Source: Antedon mediterranea
Taxonomy: Eukaryota; Animalia; Echinodermata
Direction: 5' to 3'
Assembly: GCF_964355755.1 (NCBI RefSeq)
Contig: NC_092677.1
Span: forward strand, 20,420,101-20,484,100
Length of the DNA stretch: 64,000 bases
The notes below the pieces were generated by a model. That model ran no database searches, was not told the origin of the DNA, and was given only the letters and a program-made list of their open reading frames with translations. Position 1 is the stretch's first letter. Each line of letters starts with the position of its first letter. The position numbers were made by a program, and so were the translations under genes. Below are positions 8,223 through 23,700 of this stretch, piece by piece.

Positions 8223-10969
8223 AACTTCAAAGTGTACAGAATAGCTTCATATCGCATTAGAAACCGTTTTAGACCATTTTCAGCATTTCGAAAAAACTTT
8301 TTCACACAAAACATCAAAGTTTACAAAATAGCTTCAAATCACATTTGGAGACGTTTTAGACCATTTTGTGATTTTCAAAAAAACTTGTTAACATAAAAAC
8401 ACCAAAGTGCTCAGAATACCTTCAAATCGCATTTTGAGACGTTTTAGACTATTTTGTGATTTTCGGAAAAATTTGTTAACATAAAAACACCAAAGTGCTT
8501 AGAAAAGCTTCAAACCGCATTTGGAGACGTTTTAGACCATTTTGTAATTTTCGAAAAAACTTGTTAACATAAAAACACCAAAGTGCTCAGAATACCTTCA
8601 CATCGCATTTTGAGACGTTTTAGACCATTTTGTGATTTTCGAAAAAACTTGTTAACATAAAAACACCAAAGTGCTTAGAAAAGCTTGAAATCGCATTTGG
8701 AGACGTTTTAGACCATTTTGTGCATTTCGATGAAACTTGGTTACACAAAAACATCAAAGTGCTTAAAATCACATTTTGAGCATTTTGTTAAAACTTTTCA
8801 CACAAAAACATCAAAGAGTAAAAAATAGCTTAATATCGTATTTAAAAACGTTTTAGACCATTTTGAGCATTTCGACAAAATTTTTTCACACAAAACATCA
8901 AAGTGTACAGAATAGCTTTAAATCGCATTTGGAGACGTTTTAGACCATTTTGTTCATTTCGATGAAACACAAACACAAAAACATCAAATTGCACAAAATG
9001 GCTTAATATGATATGGGAAAACGTTTTAGACCATTTTGAACATTTCGTTAAAAGTTTTCACACAAAAACATCAAAGTCCACAAAATAGCTTAATATCGTA
9101 TTTAAAAACGTTTTAGACCATTTTGAGCATTTCGAAAAAACTTTTTCACACAAAACATCAAAGTTTACAAAATAGCTTCAAATCGCATTTGGAGACGTTT
9201 TAGACCATTTTGTGATTTTCGAAAAAACTTGTAAACATAAAAACACCAAAGTGCTCAGATAACCTTCAAATCGCATTTTGAGACGTTTTAGACCATTTTG
9301 TGATTTTCGAAAAAACTTGTTAACATAAAAACACCAAAGTGCTCAGAATACCTTCAAATCGTGTTTTGAGACGTTTTAGACCATTTTGTGATTTTCGAAA
9401 AAACTTGTTAACATAAAAACACCAAAGTGCTTAGAAAAGCTTGAAATCGCATTTGGAGACGTTTTAGACAATTTTGTGCATTTCGATGAAACTTGGTTAC
9501 ACAAAAACATCAAAGTGCTTAAAATCACATTTTGAGCATTTCGTTAAAACTTTTCACACAAAAACATCAAAGAGTAAAAAATAGCTTAATATCGTATTTA
9601 AAAACGTTTTAGACCATTTTGAGCATTTCGACAAAATTTTTTCACACAAAACATCAAATTGTACAGAATAGCTTTAAATCGCATTTGGAGACGTTTTAGA
9701 CCATTTTGTTCATTTCGATGAAACAAAAACACAAAAACATCAAATTGCACAAAATGGCTTAATATGATATGGGAAAACGTTTTAGACCATTTTGAACATT
9801 TCGTTAAAAGTTTTCACACAAAAGCATCAAAGTCCACAAAATAGCTTAATATCGTATTTAAAAACGTTTTAGACCATTTTGAGCATTTCGAAAAAACTTT
9901 TTCACACAAAACATCAAAGTTTACAAAATAGCTTCAAATCGCATTTGGAGACGTTTTAGACCATTTTGTGATTTTCGAAAAAACTTGTTAACATAAAAAC
10001 ACCAAAGTGCTCAGAATACCTTCAAATCGCATTTTGAGACGTTTTAGACCATTTTGTGATTTTCGAAAAAACTTGTTAACATAAAAACACCAAAGTGCTC
10101 AGAATACCTTCAAATCGTGTTTTGAGACGTTTTAGACCATTTTGTGATTTTCGAAAAAACTTGTTAACACAAAACATCAAAGTGTACAAAATAGCTTCAA
10201 ATCGCATTTGGAGACGTTTTAGACAATTTTGTGATTTTCGAAAAAACTTGTTTACATAAAAACACCAAAGTGCTTAGAAAAGCTTCAAATCGCATTTGGA
10301 GACGTTTTAAACCATTTTGTTCATTTCGATGAAACTTGGTTACACAAAAACATCAAAGAGCACAAAAGTATTTAAAAACGTTTTAGACCATTTTGAGCAT
10401 TCCGACAAAACTTTTTCACACAAAACATCGAAGTGTACAGAATAGCTTTAAATCGCATTTGGAGACGTTTTAGACCATTTTGTAGTTTTCGAAAAAACTT
10501 GTTAACATAAAAACACAAAAGAGCTTCAAATCGCATTTGGAGACGTTTTAGACCCTTTTGTGCATTTCGATGAAACTTGGTTACACAAAAACATCAAAGT
10601 GCTTAAAATCACATTAGAAACCGTTTTAGACCATTTTGAGCATTTCGTTAAAACTTTTCACACAAAAACATCAAAGTCCACAAAATAGCTTAATATCGTA
10701 TTTAAAAACGTTTTAGACCATTTTGAGCATTTCGAAAAAACTTTTTCACACAAAACATCAAAGTTTACAAAATAGCTTCAAATCGCATTTGGAGACGTTT
10801 TAGACCATTTTGTGATTTTCGAAAAAACTTGTTAACATAAAAACACCAAAGTGCTCAGAATACCTTCAAATCGCATTTTGAGACGTTTTAGACCATTTTG
10901 TGATTTTCGAAAAAACAACATAAAAACACCAAAGTGCTCAGAATACCTTCAAATCGCATTTGGAGACGT

Positions 10970-13900
10970 TTTAGACCATTTTGTGATTTTCGAAAAAACT
11001 TGTTAACATAAAAACACCAAAGTGCTCAGAATACCTTCAAATCGTATTTTGAGACGTTTTAGACAATTTTGTGATTTTCGAAAAAACTTGTTAACATAAA
11101 AACACCAAAGTGCTTAGAAAAGCTTCAAATCGCATTTGGAGACGTTTTAGACCATTTTGTGCATTTCGATGAAACTTGGTTACACAAAAACATCAAAGTG
11201 TACAGAATAGCTTCAAATCGCATTAGAAACCGTTTTAGACCATTTTGAGCATTTCGAAAAAACTCTTTCACACAAAACATCAAAGTGTACAAAATTGCTT
11301 CAAATCGCATTTGGAGACGTTTTAGACCATTTTGTGATTTTCGAAAAAACAACATAAAAACACCAAAGTGCTCAGAATACCTTCAAATCGCATTTGGAGA
11401 CGTTTTAGACCATTTTGTGATTTTCGAAAAAACTTGTTAACATAAAAACACCAAAGTGCTCAGAATAACTTCAAATCGTATTTTGAGACGTTTTAGACAA
11501 TTTTGTGATTTTCGAAAAAACTTGTTAACATAAAAACACCAAAGTGCTTAGAAAAGCTTCAAATCGCATTTGGAGATGTTTTAGACCATTTTGTGCATTT
11601 CGATGAAACTTGGTTACACAAAAACATCAAAGTGTACAGAATAGCTTCAAATCCCATTAGAAACCGTTTTAGACCATTTTGAGCATTTCGAAAAAACTTT
11701 TTCACACAAAACATCAAAGTGTACAGAATAGCTTCAAATCGCATTTGGAGACGTTTTAACCCATTTTGACAATTTCGATAAAATTTTACACACAAAAACA
11801 TCAAAGTGCACAAAATAGCTTAATATGGTATTTAAAAACGTTTTAGACCATTTTGAGCATTTCAACAAAACTTTTTCTCACAAAACATCAAAGTGTACAG
11901 AATAGCTTCAAATCGCATTTGGAGACGTTTTAGACCATTTTGTGCATTTCGATGAAACTTGGTTACACAAAAACATCAAAGTGCTTAAAATCACATTTTG
12001 AGCATTTCGTTAAAACTTTTCACACAAAAACATTAAAGTCCACAAAATAGCTTAATATCGTATTTAAAAACGTTTTAGACCATTTTGAGCATTTCGAAAA
12101 AACTTTTCCACACAAAACATCAAAGTTTACAAAATAGCTTCAAATCGCATTTGGAGACGTTTTAGACCATTTTGTGATTTTCGAAAAAACTTGTTAACAT
12201 AAAAACACCAAAGTGCTCAGAATACCTTCAAATCGCATTTGGAGACGTTTTAGACCCTTTTGTGCATTTCGATGAAACTTGGTTACACAAAAACATCAAA
12301 GTGCTTAAAATCACATTAGAAACCGTTTTAGACCATTTTGAGCATTTCGTTAAAATTTTTCACAGAAAAACATCAAAGAGCAAAAAATAGCTTAATATCG
12401 TATTTAAAAACGTTTTAGACCATTTTGAGCATTTCGACAAAACTTTTTCACACAAAACATCAAAGTGTACAGAATAGCTTCAAATCGCATTTGGAGACGT
12501 TTTAACCCATTTTGAGCATTTCGATAAAATTTTACACACAAAAACATCAAAGTGCACAAAATAGCTTAATATGGTATTTAAAAACGTTTTAGACCATTTT
12601 GAGCATTTCAACAAAACTTTTTCTCACAAAACATCAAAGTGTACAGAATAGCTTCAAATCGCATTTGGAGACGTTTTAGACCATTTTGTGCATTTCGATG
12701 AAACTTGGTTACACAAAAACATCAAAGTGCTTAAAATCACATTTTGAGCATTTCGTTAAAACTTTTCACACAAAAACATCAAAGTCCACAAAATAGCTTA
12801 ATATCGTATTTAAAAACGTTTTAGACCATTTTGAGCATTTCGAAAAAACTTTTCCACACAAAACATCAAAGTTTACAAAATAGCTTCAAATCGCATTTGG
12901 AGACGTTTTAGACCATTTTGTGATTTTCGAAAAAACTTGTTAACATAAAAACACCAAAGTGCTCAGAATACCTTCAAATCGTATTTTGAGACGTTTTAGA
13001 CAATTTTGTGATTTTCGAAAAAACTTGTTAACATAAAAACACCAAAGTGCTTAGAAAAGCTTCAAATCGCATTTGGAGACGTTTTAGACCATTTTGTGCA
13101 TTTCGATGAAACTTGGTTACACAAAAACATCAAAGTGTACAGAATAGCTTCAAATCGCATTAGAAACCGTTTTAGACCATTTTGAGCATTTCGAAAAAAC
13201 TCTTTCACACAAAACATCAAAGTGTACAAAATTGCTTCAAATCGCATTTGGAGACGTTTTAGACCATTTTGTGATTTTCGAAAAAACAACATAAAAACAC
13301 CAAAGTGCTCAGAATACCTTCAAATCGCATTTGGAGACGTTTTAGACCATTTTGTGATTTTCGAAAAAACTTGTTAACATAAAAACACCAAAGTGCTCAG
13401 AATAACTTCAAATCGTATTTTGAGACGTTTTAGACAATTTTGTGATTTTCGAAAAAACTTGTTAACATAAAAACACCAAAGTGCTTAGAAAAGCTTCAAA
13501 TCGCATTTGGAGATGTTTTAGACCATTTTGTGCATTTCGATGAAACTTGGTTACACAAAAACATCAAAGTGTACAGAATAGCTTCAAATCCCATTAGAAA
13601 CCGTTTTAGACCATTTTGAGCATTTCGAAAAAACTTTTTCACACAAAACATCAAAGTGTACAGAATAGCTTCAAATCGCATTTGGAGACGTTTTAACCCA
13701 TTTTGACAATTTCGATGAAACTTGGTTACACAAAAACATCAAAGTGCTTAAAATCACATTTTGAGCATTTCGTTAAAACTTTACACACAAAAACATCAAA
13801 GTCCACAAAATAGCTTAATATCGTATTTAAAAACGTTTTAGACCATTTTGAGCATTTCGAAAAAACTTTTCCACACAAAACATCAAAGTTTACAAAATAG

Positions 13901-14710
13901 CTTCAAATCGCATTTGGAAACGTTTTAGACCATTTTGTGATTTTCGAAAAAACTTGTTAACATAAAAACACCAAAGTGCTCAGAATACCTTCAAATCTCA
14001 TTTGGAGACGTTTTAGACCCTTTTGTGCATTTCGATGAAACTTGGTTACACAAAAACATCAAAGTGCTTAAAATCACATTAGAAACCGTTTTAGACCATT
14101 TTGAGCATTTCGTTAAAATTTTTCACAGAAAAACATCAAAGAGCAAAAAATAGCTTAATATCGTATTTAAAAACGTTTTAGACCATTTTGAGCTTTTCGA
14201 CAAAACTTTTTCACACAAAACATCAAAGTGTACAGAATAGCTTCAAATCGCATTTGGAGACGTTTTAACCCATTTTGAGCATTTCGATAAAATTTTACAC
14301 ACAAAAACATCAAAGTGCACAAAATAGCTTAATATGGTATTTAAAAACGTTTTAGACCATTTTGAGCATTTCAACAAAACTTTTTCTCACAAAACATCAA
14401 AGTGTACAGAATAGCTTCAAATCGCATTTGGAGACGTTTTAGACCATTTTGTGCATTTCGATGAAACTTGGTTACACAAAAACATCAAAGTGCTTAAAAT
14501 CACATTTTGAGCATTTCGTTAAAACTTTTCACACAAAAACATTAAAGTCCACAAAATAGCTTAATATCGTATTTAAAAACGTTTTAGACCATTTTGAGCA
14601 TTTCGAAAAAACTTTTCCACACAAAACATCAAAGTTTAGAAAATAGCTTCAAATCGCATTTGGAGACGTTGTAGACCATTTTGTGATTTTCGAAAAAACT
14701 TGTTAACATA
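10970..14710 (+). repeat. Imperfect tandem duplication of a ~1937 bp satellite block
   Basis: ORF pairs 11125/13062 and 11559/13496 are offset by 1937. Shared rare variants: aaactctttc, aaaattgctt, gaataacttc, ggagatgtttt, aatcccatt, ttgacaatttc. The second copy loses two monomers at ~13715. Boundaries are approximate. Confidence 0.8.
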
Positions 14711-17700
14711 AAAACACCAAAGTGCTCAGAATACCTTCAAATCGTGTTTTGAGACGTTTTAGACCATTTTGTGATTTTCGAAAAAACTTGTTAACATAAA
14801 AACACAAAAGTGCTTAGAAAAGTTTCAAATCGCATTTGGAGACGTTTTAGATCATTTTGTTCATTTCGATGAAACTTTGTTACACAAAAACATCAAATTG
14901 CACAAAATGGCTTAATATGGTATGGGAAAACGTTTTAGACCATTTTGAACATTTCGAGAAAACTTTTTCACACAAAACTTCAAAGTGTACAGAATAGCTT
15001 CAAATCGCATTAGAAACCGTTTTAGACCATTTTGAGCATTTCGAAAAAACTTTTTCACACAAAACATCAAAGTTTACAAAATAGCTTCAAATCACATTTG
15101 GAGACGTTTTAGACCATTTTGTGATTTTCAAAAAAACTTGTTAACATAAAAACACCAAAGTGCTCAGAATACCTTCAAATCGCATTTTGAGACGTTTTAG
15201 ACCATTTTGTGATTTTCGGAAAAACTTGTTAACATAAAAACACCAAAGTGCTTAGAAAAGCTTCAAATCGCATTTGGAGACGTTTTAGACCATTTTGTAA
15301 TTTTCGAAAAAACTTGTTAACATAAAAACACCAAAGTGCTCAGAATACCTTCACATCGCATTTTGAGACGTTTTAGAGCATTTTGTGATTTTCGAAAAAA
15401 CTTGTTAACATAAAAACACCAAAGTGCTTAGAAAAGCTTGAAATCGCATTTGGAGACGTTTTAGACCATTTTGTGCATTTCGATGAAACTTGGTTACACA
15501 AAAACATCAAAGTGCTTAAAATCACATTTTGAGCATTTCGTTAAAACTTTTCACACAAAAACATCAAAGAGTAAAAAATAGCTTAATATCGTATTTAAAA
15601 ACGTTTTAGACCATTTTGAGCATTTCGAAAAAATTTTTTCACACAAAACATCAAAGTGTACAGAATAGCTTTAAATCGCATTTGGAGACGTTTTAGACCA
15701 TTTTGTTCATTTCGATGAAACAAAAACACAAAAACATCAAATTGCACAAAATGGCTTAATATGATATGGGAAAACGTTTTAGACCATTTTGAACATTTCG
15801 TTAAAAGTTTTCCCACAAAAACATCAAAGTCCACAAAATAGCTTAATATCGTATTTAAAAACGTTTTAGACCATTTTGAGCATTTCGAAAAAACTTTTTC
15901 ACACAAAACATCAAAGTTTACAAAATAGCTTCAAATCGCATTTGGAGACGTTATAGACCATTTTGTGATTTTCGGAAAAACTTGTTAACATAAAAACACC
16001 AAAGTGCTCAGAATACCTTCAAATCGCATTTTGAGACGTTTTAGACCATTTTGTGATTTTCGAAAAAACTTGTTAACATAAAAACACCAAAGTGCTCAGA
16101 ATCGTGTTTTGAGACGTTTTAGACCATTTTGTGATTTTCGAAAAAACTTGTTAACATAAAAACACCAAAGTGCTTAGAAAAGCTTCAAATCGCATTTGGA
16201 GACGTTTTAGACCATTTTGTTCATTTCGATGAAACTTGGTTACACAAAAACATCAAAGAGCACAAAAGATCTTAATATCGTATTTAAAAACGTTTTAGAC
16301 CATTTTGAGCATTTCGAAAAAACTTTTTCACACAAAACATCAAAGTGTACAAAAAAGCTTCAAATCGCATTTGGAGACGTTTTAGACAATTTTGTGATTT
16401 TCGAAAAAACTTGTTTACATAAAAACACCAAAGTGCTTAGAAAAGCTTCAAATCGCATTTGGAGACGTTTTAAACCATTTTGTTCATTTCGATGAAACTT
16501 GGTTACACAAAAACTTCAAAGAGCACAAAAGTATTTAAAAACGTTTTAGACCATTTTGAGCATTCCGACAAAACTTTTTCACACAAAACATCAAAGTGTA
16601 CAGAATAGCTTTAAATCGCATTTGGAGACGTTTTAGACCATTTTGTAGTTTTCGAAAAAACTTAACATAAAAACACAAAAGAGCTTCAAATCGCATTTGG
16701 AGACGTTTTAGACCCTTTTGTGCATTTCGATGAAACTTGGTTACACAAAAACATCAAAGTGCTTAAAATCACATTAGAAACCATTTTAGACCATTTTGAG
16801 CATTTCGTTAAAACTTTTCACACAAAAACATCAAAGTCCACAAAATAGCTTAATATCGTATTTAAAAACGTTTTAGACCATTTTGAGCATTTCGAAAAAA
16901 CTTTTTCACACAAAACATCAAAGTTTACAAAATAGCTTCAAATCGCATTTGGAGACGTTTTAGACCATTTTGTGATTTTCGAAAAAACTTGTTAATATAA
17001 AAACACCAAAGTGCTCAGAATACCTTCAAATCGCATTTTGAGACGTTTTAGACCATTTTGTGATTTTCGAAAAAACTTAACATAAAAACACCAAAGTGCT
17101 CAGAATACCTTCAAATCGCATTTGGAGACGTTTTAGACCATTTTGTGATTTTCGAAAAAACTTGTTAACATAAAAACACCAAAGTGCTCAGAATACCTTC
17201 AAATCGTATTTTGAGACGTTTTAGACAATTTTGTGATTTTCGAAAAAACTTGTTAACATAAAAACACCAAAGTGCTTAGAAAAGCTTCAAATCGCATTTG
17301 GAGACGTTTTAGACCATTTTGTGCATTTCGATGAAAAAACATCAAAGTGTACAAAATAGCTTCAAATCGCATTAGAAACCGTTTTAGACCATTTTGAGCA
17401 TTTCGAAAAAACTTTTTCACACAAAACATCAAAGTGTACAAAATAGCTTCAAATCGCATTTGGAGACGTTTTAGACAATTTTGTGATTTTCGAAAAAACT
17501 TGTTTACATAAAAACACCAAAGTGCTAAGAATAGCTTCCAATCGCATTTGGAGACGTTTTAGACCCTTTTGTGCATTTCGATGAAACTTGGTTACACAAA
17601 AACATCAAAGTGCTTAAAATCATATTAGAAACCGTTTTAGACCATTTTGAGCATTTCGTTGAAATTTTTCACAGAAAAACTTCAAAGAGCAAAAAATAGC

Positions 17701-20700
17701 TTAATATCGTATTTAAAAACGTTTTAGACCATTTTGAGCATTTCGACAACATTTTTTCACACAAAACATCAAAGTGTACAGAATAGCTTCAAATCGCATT
17801 TGGAGACGTTTTAAACCATTTTGAGCATTTCGATAAAATTTTACACACAAAAACATCAAAGTGCACAAAATAGCTTAATATGGTATTTAAAAACGTTTTC
17901 GACCATTTTGAGCATTTCAACAAAACTTTTTCTCACAAAACATCAAAGTGTACAGAATAGCTTCAAATCGCATTTGGAGACGTTTTAGACCATTTTGTGC
18001 ATTTCGATGAAACTTGGTTACACAAAAACATCAAAGTGCTTAATATCACATTTTGAGCATTTCGTTAAAACTTTTCACACAAAAACATCAAAGTCCACAA
18101 AATAGCTTAATATCGTATTTAAAAACGTTTTAGACCATTTTGAGCATTTCGAAAAAACTTTTTCACACAAAACATCAAAGTTTACAAAATAAGCTTCAAA
18201 TCGCATTTGGAGACGTTTTAGACCATTTTGTGATTTTCGAAAAAACTTGTTAACATAAAAACACCAAAGTGCTCAGAATACCTTCAAATCGCATTTGGAG
18301 ACGTTTTAGACCCTTTTGTGCATTTCGATGAAACTTGGTTACACAAAAACATCAAAGTGCTTAAAATCACATTAGAAACCGTTTTAGACCATTTTGAGCA
18401 TTTCGTTAAAATTTTTCACAGAAAAACATCAAAGAGCAAAAAATAGCTTAATATCGTATTTAAAAACGTTTTAGACCATTTTGAGCATTTCGACAAAACT
18501 TTTTCACACAAAACATCAAAGTGTACAGAATAGCTTCAAATCGCATTTGGAGACGTTTTAACCCATTTTGAGCATTTCGATAAAATTTTACACACAAAAA
18601 CATCAAAGTGCACAAAATAGCTTAATATGGTATTTAAAAACGTTTTAGACCATTTTGAGCATTTCAACAAAACTTTTTCTCACAAAACATCAAAGTGTAC
18701 AGAATAGTTTCAAATCGCATTTGGAGACGTTTTAGACCATTTTGTGCATTTCGATGAAACTTGGTTACACAAAAACATCAAAGTGCTTAAAATCACATTT
18801 TGAGCATTTCGTTAAAACTTTTCACACAAAAACATCAAAGTCCACAAAATAGCTTAATATCGTATTTAAAAACGTTTTAGACCATTTTGAGCATTTCGAA
18901 AAAACTTTTCCACACAAAACATCAAAGTTTACAAAATAGCTTCAAATCGCATTTGGAGACGTTTTAGACCATTTTGTGATTTTCGAAAAAACTTGTTAAC
19001 ATAAAAACACCAAAGTGCTCAGAATACCTTCAAATCGCATTTTGAGACGTTTTAGACCATTTTGTGATTTTCGAAAAAACTTGTTAACATAAAAACACCA
19101 AAGTGCTCAGAATACCTTCAAATCGTGTTTTGAGACGTTTTAGACCATTTTGTGATTTTGGAAAAACTTGTTAACATAAAAACACCAAAGTGCTCAGAAT
19201 ACCTTCAAATCGCATTTGGAGACGTTTTAGACCATTTTGTGATTTTCGAAAAAACTTGTTAACATAAAAACACCAAAGTGCTCAGAATACCTTCAAATCG
19301 TGTTTTGAGACGTTTTAGACCATTTTGTGATTTTCGAAAAAACTTGTTAACATAAAAACACCAAAGTGCTCAGAATACCTTCAAATCGCATTTTGAGACG
19401 TTTTAGACCATTTTGTGATTTTCGAAAAAACTTGTTAACATAAAAACACCAAAGTGCTATGAATACCTTCAAATCGTGTTTTGAGACGTTTTAGACCATT
19501 TTGTGATTTTCGAAAAAAACTTGTTAACATAAAAACACCAAAGTGCTTAGAAAAGCTTCAAATCGCATTTGGAGACGTTTTAGACCATTTTGTTCATTTC
19601 GATGAAACTTGGTTACACAAAAACATCAAAGAGCACAAAAGATCTTAATATCGTATTTAAAAACGTTTTAGACCATTTTGAGCATTTCGAAAAAACTTTT
19701 TCACACAAAACATCAAAGTGTACAAAATAGCTTCAAATCGCATTTTGAGACGTTTTAGACAATTTTGTGATTTTCGAAAAAACTTGTTTACATAAAAACA
19801 CCAAAGTGCTTAGAAAAGCTTCAAATCGCATTTGGAGACGTTTTAAACCATTTTGTTCATTTCAATGAAACTTGGTTACACAAAAACATCAAAGAGCACA
19901 AAAGTATTTAAAAACGTTTTAGACCATTTTGAGCATTCCGTCAAAACTTTTTCACACAAAACATCAAAGTGTACAGAATAGCTTTAAATCGCATTTGGAG
20001 ACGTTTTAGACCATTTTGTAGTTTTCGAAAAAACTTGTTAACATAAAAACACAAAAGAGCTTCAAATCGCATTTGGAGACGTTTTAGACCCTTTTGTGCA
20101 TTTCGATGAAACTTGGTTACACAAAAACATCAAAGTGCTTAAAATCACATTAGAAACCGTTTTAGACCATTTTGAGCATTTCGTTAAAACTTTTCACACA
20201 AAAACATCAAAGTCCACAAAATAGCTTAATATCGTATTTAAAAACGTTTTAGACCATTTTGAGCATTTCGAAAAAACTTTTCCACACAAAACATCAAAGT
20301 TTACAAAATAGCTTCAAATCGCATTTGGAGACGTTTTAGACCATTTTGTGATTTTCGTAAAAACTTGTTAACATAAAAACACCAAAGTGCTTAGAAAAGC
20401 TTCAAATCGCATTTGGAGACGTTTTAGACCATTTTGTGCATTTCGATGAAACTTGGTTACACAAAAACATCAAAGTGCTTAAAATCACATTTTGAACATT
20501 TCGTTAAAAGTTTTCACACAAAAACATCAAAGAGTAAAAAATAGCTTAATATCGTATTTAAAAACGTTTTAGACCATTTTGAGCATTTCGAAAAAACTTT
20601 TCCACACAAAACATCAAAGTTTACAAAATAGCTTCAAATCGCATTTGGAGACGTTTTAGACCATTTTGTGATTTTCGAAAAAACTTGTTAACATAAAAAC

Positions 20701-23700
20701 ACCAAAGTGCTCAGAATACCTTCAAATCGCATTTTGAGACGTTTTAGACCATTTTGTGATTTTCGAAAAAACTTGTTAACATAAAAACACCAAAGTGCTC
20801 AGAAAAGCTTCAAATCGCATTTGGAGACGTTTTAAACCATTTTGTTCATTTCGATGAAACTTGGTTACACAAAAACATCAAAGAGCACAAAAGTATTTAA
20901 AAACGTTTTAGACCATTTTGAGCATTCCGACAAAACTTTTTCACACAAAACATCAAAGTGTACAGAATAGCTTTAAATCGCATTTGGAGACGTTTTAGAC
21001 CATTTTGTAGTTTTCGAAAAAACTTGTTAACATAAAAACACAAAAGAGCTTCAAATCGCATTTGGAGACGTTTTAGACCCTTTTGTGCATTTCGATGAAA
21101 CTTGGTTACACAAAAACATCAAAGTGCTTAAAATCACATTAGAAACCGTTTTAGACCATTTTGAGCATTTCGTTAAAACTTTTCACACAAAAACATCAAA
21201 GTCCACAAAATAGCTTAATATCGTATTTAAAAACGTTTTAGACAATTTTGAGCATTTCGAAAAAACTTTTTCACACAAAACATCAAAGTGCTCAGAATAC
21301 CTTCAAATCGCATTTGGAGACGTTTTAGACCATTTTGTGATTTTCGAAAAAACTTGTTAACATAAAAACACCAAAGTGCTCAGAAAAGCTTCAAATCGCA
21401 TTTGGAGACGTTTTAAACCATTTTGTTCATTTCGATGAAACTTGGTTACACAAAAACATCAAAGAGCACAAAAGTATTTAAAAACGTTTTAGACCATTTT
21501 GAGCATTCCGACAAAACTTTTTCACACAAAACATCAAAGTGTACAGAATAGCTTTAAATCGCATTTGGAGACGTTTTAGACCATTTTGTAGTTTTCGAAA
21601 AAACTTGTTAACATAAAAACACAAAAGAGCTTCAAATCGCATTTGGAGACGTTTTAGACCCTTTTGTGCATTTCGATGAAACTTGGTTACACAAAAACAT
21701 CAAAGTGCTTAAAATCACATTAGAAACCGTTTTAGACCATTTTGAGCATTTCGTTAAAACTTTTCACACAAAAACATCAAAGTCCACAAAATAGCTTAAT
21801 ATCGTATTCAAAAACGTTTTAGACCATTTTGAGCATTTCGAAAAAACTTTTTCACACAAAACATCAAAGTTTAAAAAATAGCTTCAAATCGCATTTGGTG
21901 ACGTTTTAGACCATTTTGTGATTTTCGAAAAAACTTGTTAACATAAAAACACCAAAGTGCTCAGAATACCTTCAAATCGCATTTTGAGACGTTTTAGACC
22001 ATTTTGTGATTTTCGAAAAAACAACATAAAAACACCAAAGTGCTCAGAATACCTTCAAATCGCATTTGGAGACGTTTTAGACCATTTTGTGATTTTGGAA
22101 AAAACTTGTTAACATAAAAACACCAAAGTGCTCAGAATACCTTCAAATCGTATTTTGAGACGTTTTAGACAATTTTGTGATTTTCGAAAAAACTTGTTAA
22201 CATAAAAACACCAAAGTGCTTAGAAAAGCTTCAAATCGCATTTGGAGACGTTTTAGACCATTTTGTGCATTTCGATGAAACTTGGTTACACAAAAACATC
22301 AAAGTGTACAGAATAGCTTCAAATCGCATTAGAAACCGTTTTAGACCATTTTGAGCATTTCGAAAAAACTTTTTCACACAAAACATCAAAGTGTACAAAA
22401 TAGCTTCAAATCGCATTTGGAGACGTTTTAGACAATTTTGTGATTTTCGAAAAAACTTGTTTACATAAAAACACGAAAGTGCTAAGAATAGCTTCCAATC
22501 GCATTTGGAGACGTTTTAGACCCTTTTGTGCATTTCGATGAAACTTGGTTACACAAAAACATCAAAGTGCTTAAAATCACATTAGAAACCGTTTTAGACC
22601 ATTTTGAGCATTTCGTTAAAATTTTTCACAGAAAAACATCAAAGAGCAAAAAATAGCTTAATATCGTATTTAAAAACGTTTTAGACCATTTTGAGCATTT
22701 CGACAAAACTTTTTCACACAAAATATCAAAGTGTACAGAATAGCTTCAAATCGCATTTGGAGACGTTTTAACCCATTTTGAGCATTTCGATAAAATTTTA
22801 CACACAAAAACATCAAAGTGCACAAAATAGCTTAATATGGTATTTAAAAACGTTTTAGACCATTTTGAGCATTTCAACAAAACTTTTTCTCACAAAACAT
22901 CAAAGTGTACAGAATAGCTTCAAATCGCATTTGGAGACGTTTTAGACCATTTTGTGCATTTCGATGAAACTTGGTTACACAAAAACATCAAAGTGCTTAA
23001 AATCACATTTTGAGCATTTCGTTAAAACATTTCACACAAAAACATCAAAGTCCAAAAAATAGCTTAATATCGTATTTAAAAACGTTTTAGACCATTTTGA
23101 GCATTTCGAAAAAACTTTTCCACACAAAACATCAAAGTTTACAAAATAGCTTCAAATCGCATTTGGAGACGTTTTAGACCATTTTGTGATTTTCGAAAAA
23201 ACTTGTTAACATAAAAACACCAAAGTGCTCAGAATACCTTCAAATCGCATTTGGAGACGTTTTAGACCCTTTTGTGCATTTCGATGAAACTTGGTTACAC
23301 AAAAACATCAAAGTGCTTAAAATCACATTAGAAACCGTTTTAGACCATTTTGAGCATTTCGTTAAAATTTTTCACAGAAAAACATCAAAGAGCAAAAAAT
23401 ATCTTAATATCGTATTTAAAAACGTTTTAGACCATTTTGAGCATTTCGACAAAACTTTTTCACACAAAACATCAAAGTGTACAAAATAGCTTCAAATCGC
23501 ATTTGGAGACGTTTTAACCCATTTTGAGCATTTCGATAAAATTTTACACACAAAAACATCAAAGTGCACAAAATAGCTTAATATGGTATTTAAAAATGAT
23601 TTAGACCATTTTGAGCATTTCAACAAAACTTTTTCTCACAAAACATCAAAGTGTACAGAATAGCTTCAAATCGCATTTGGAGACGTTTTAGACCATTTTG

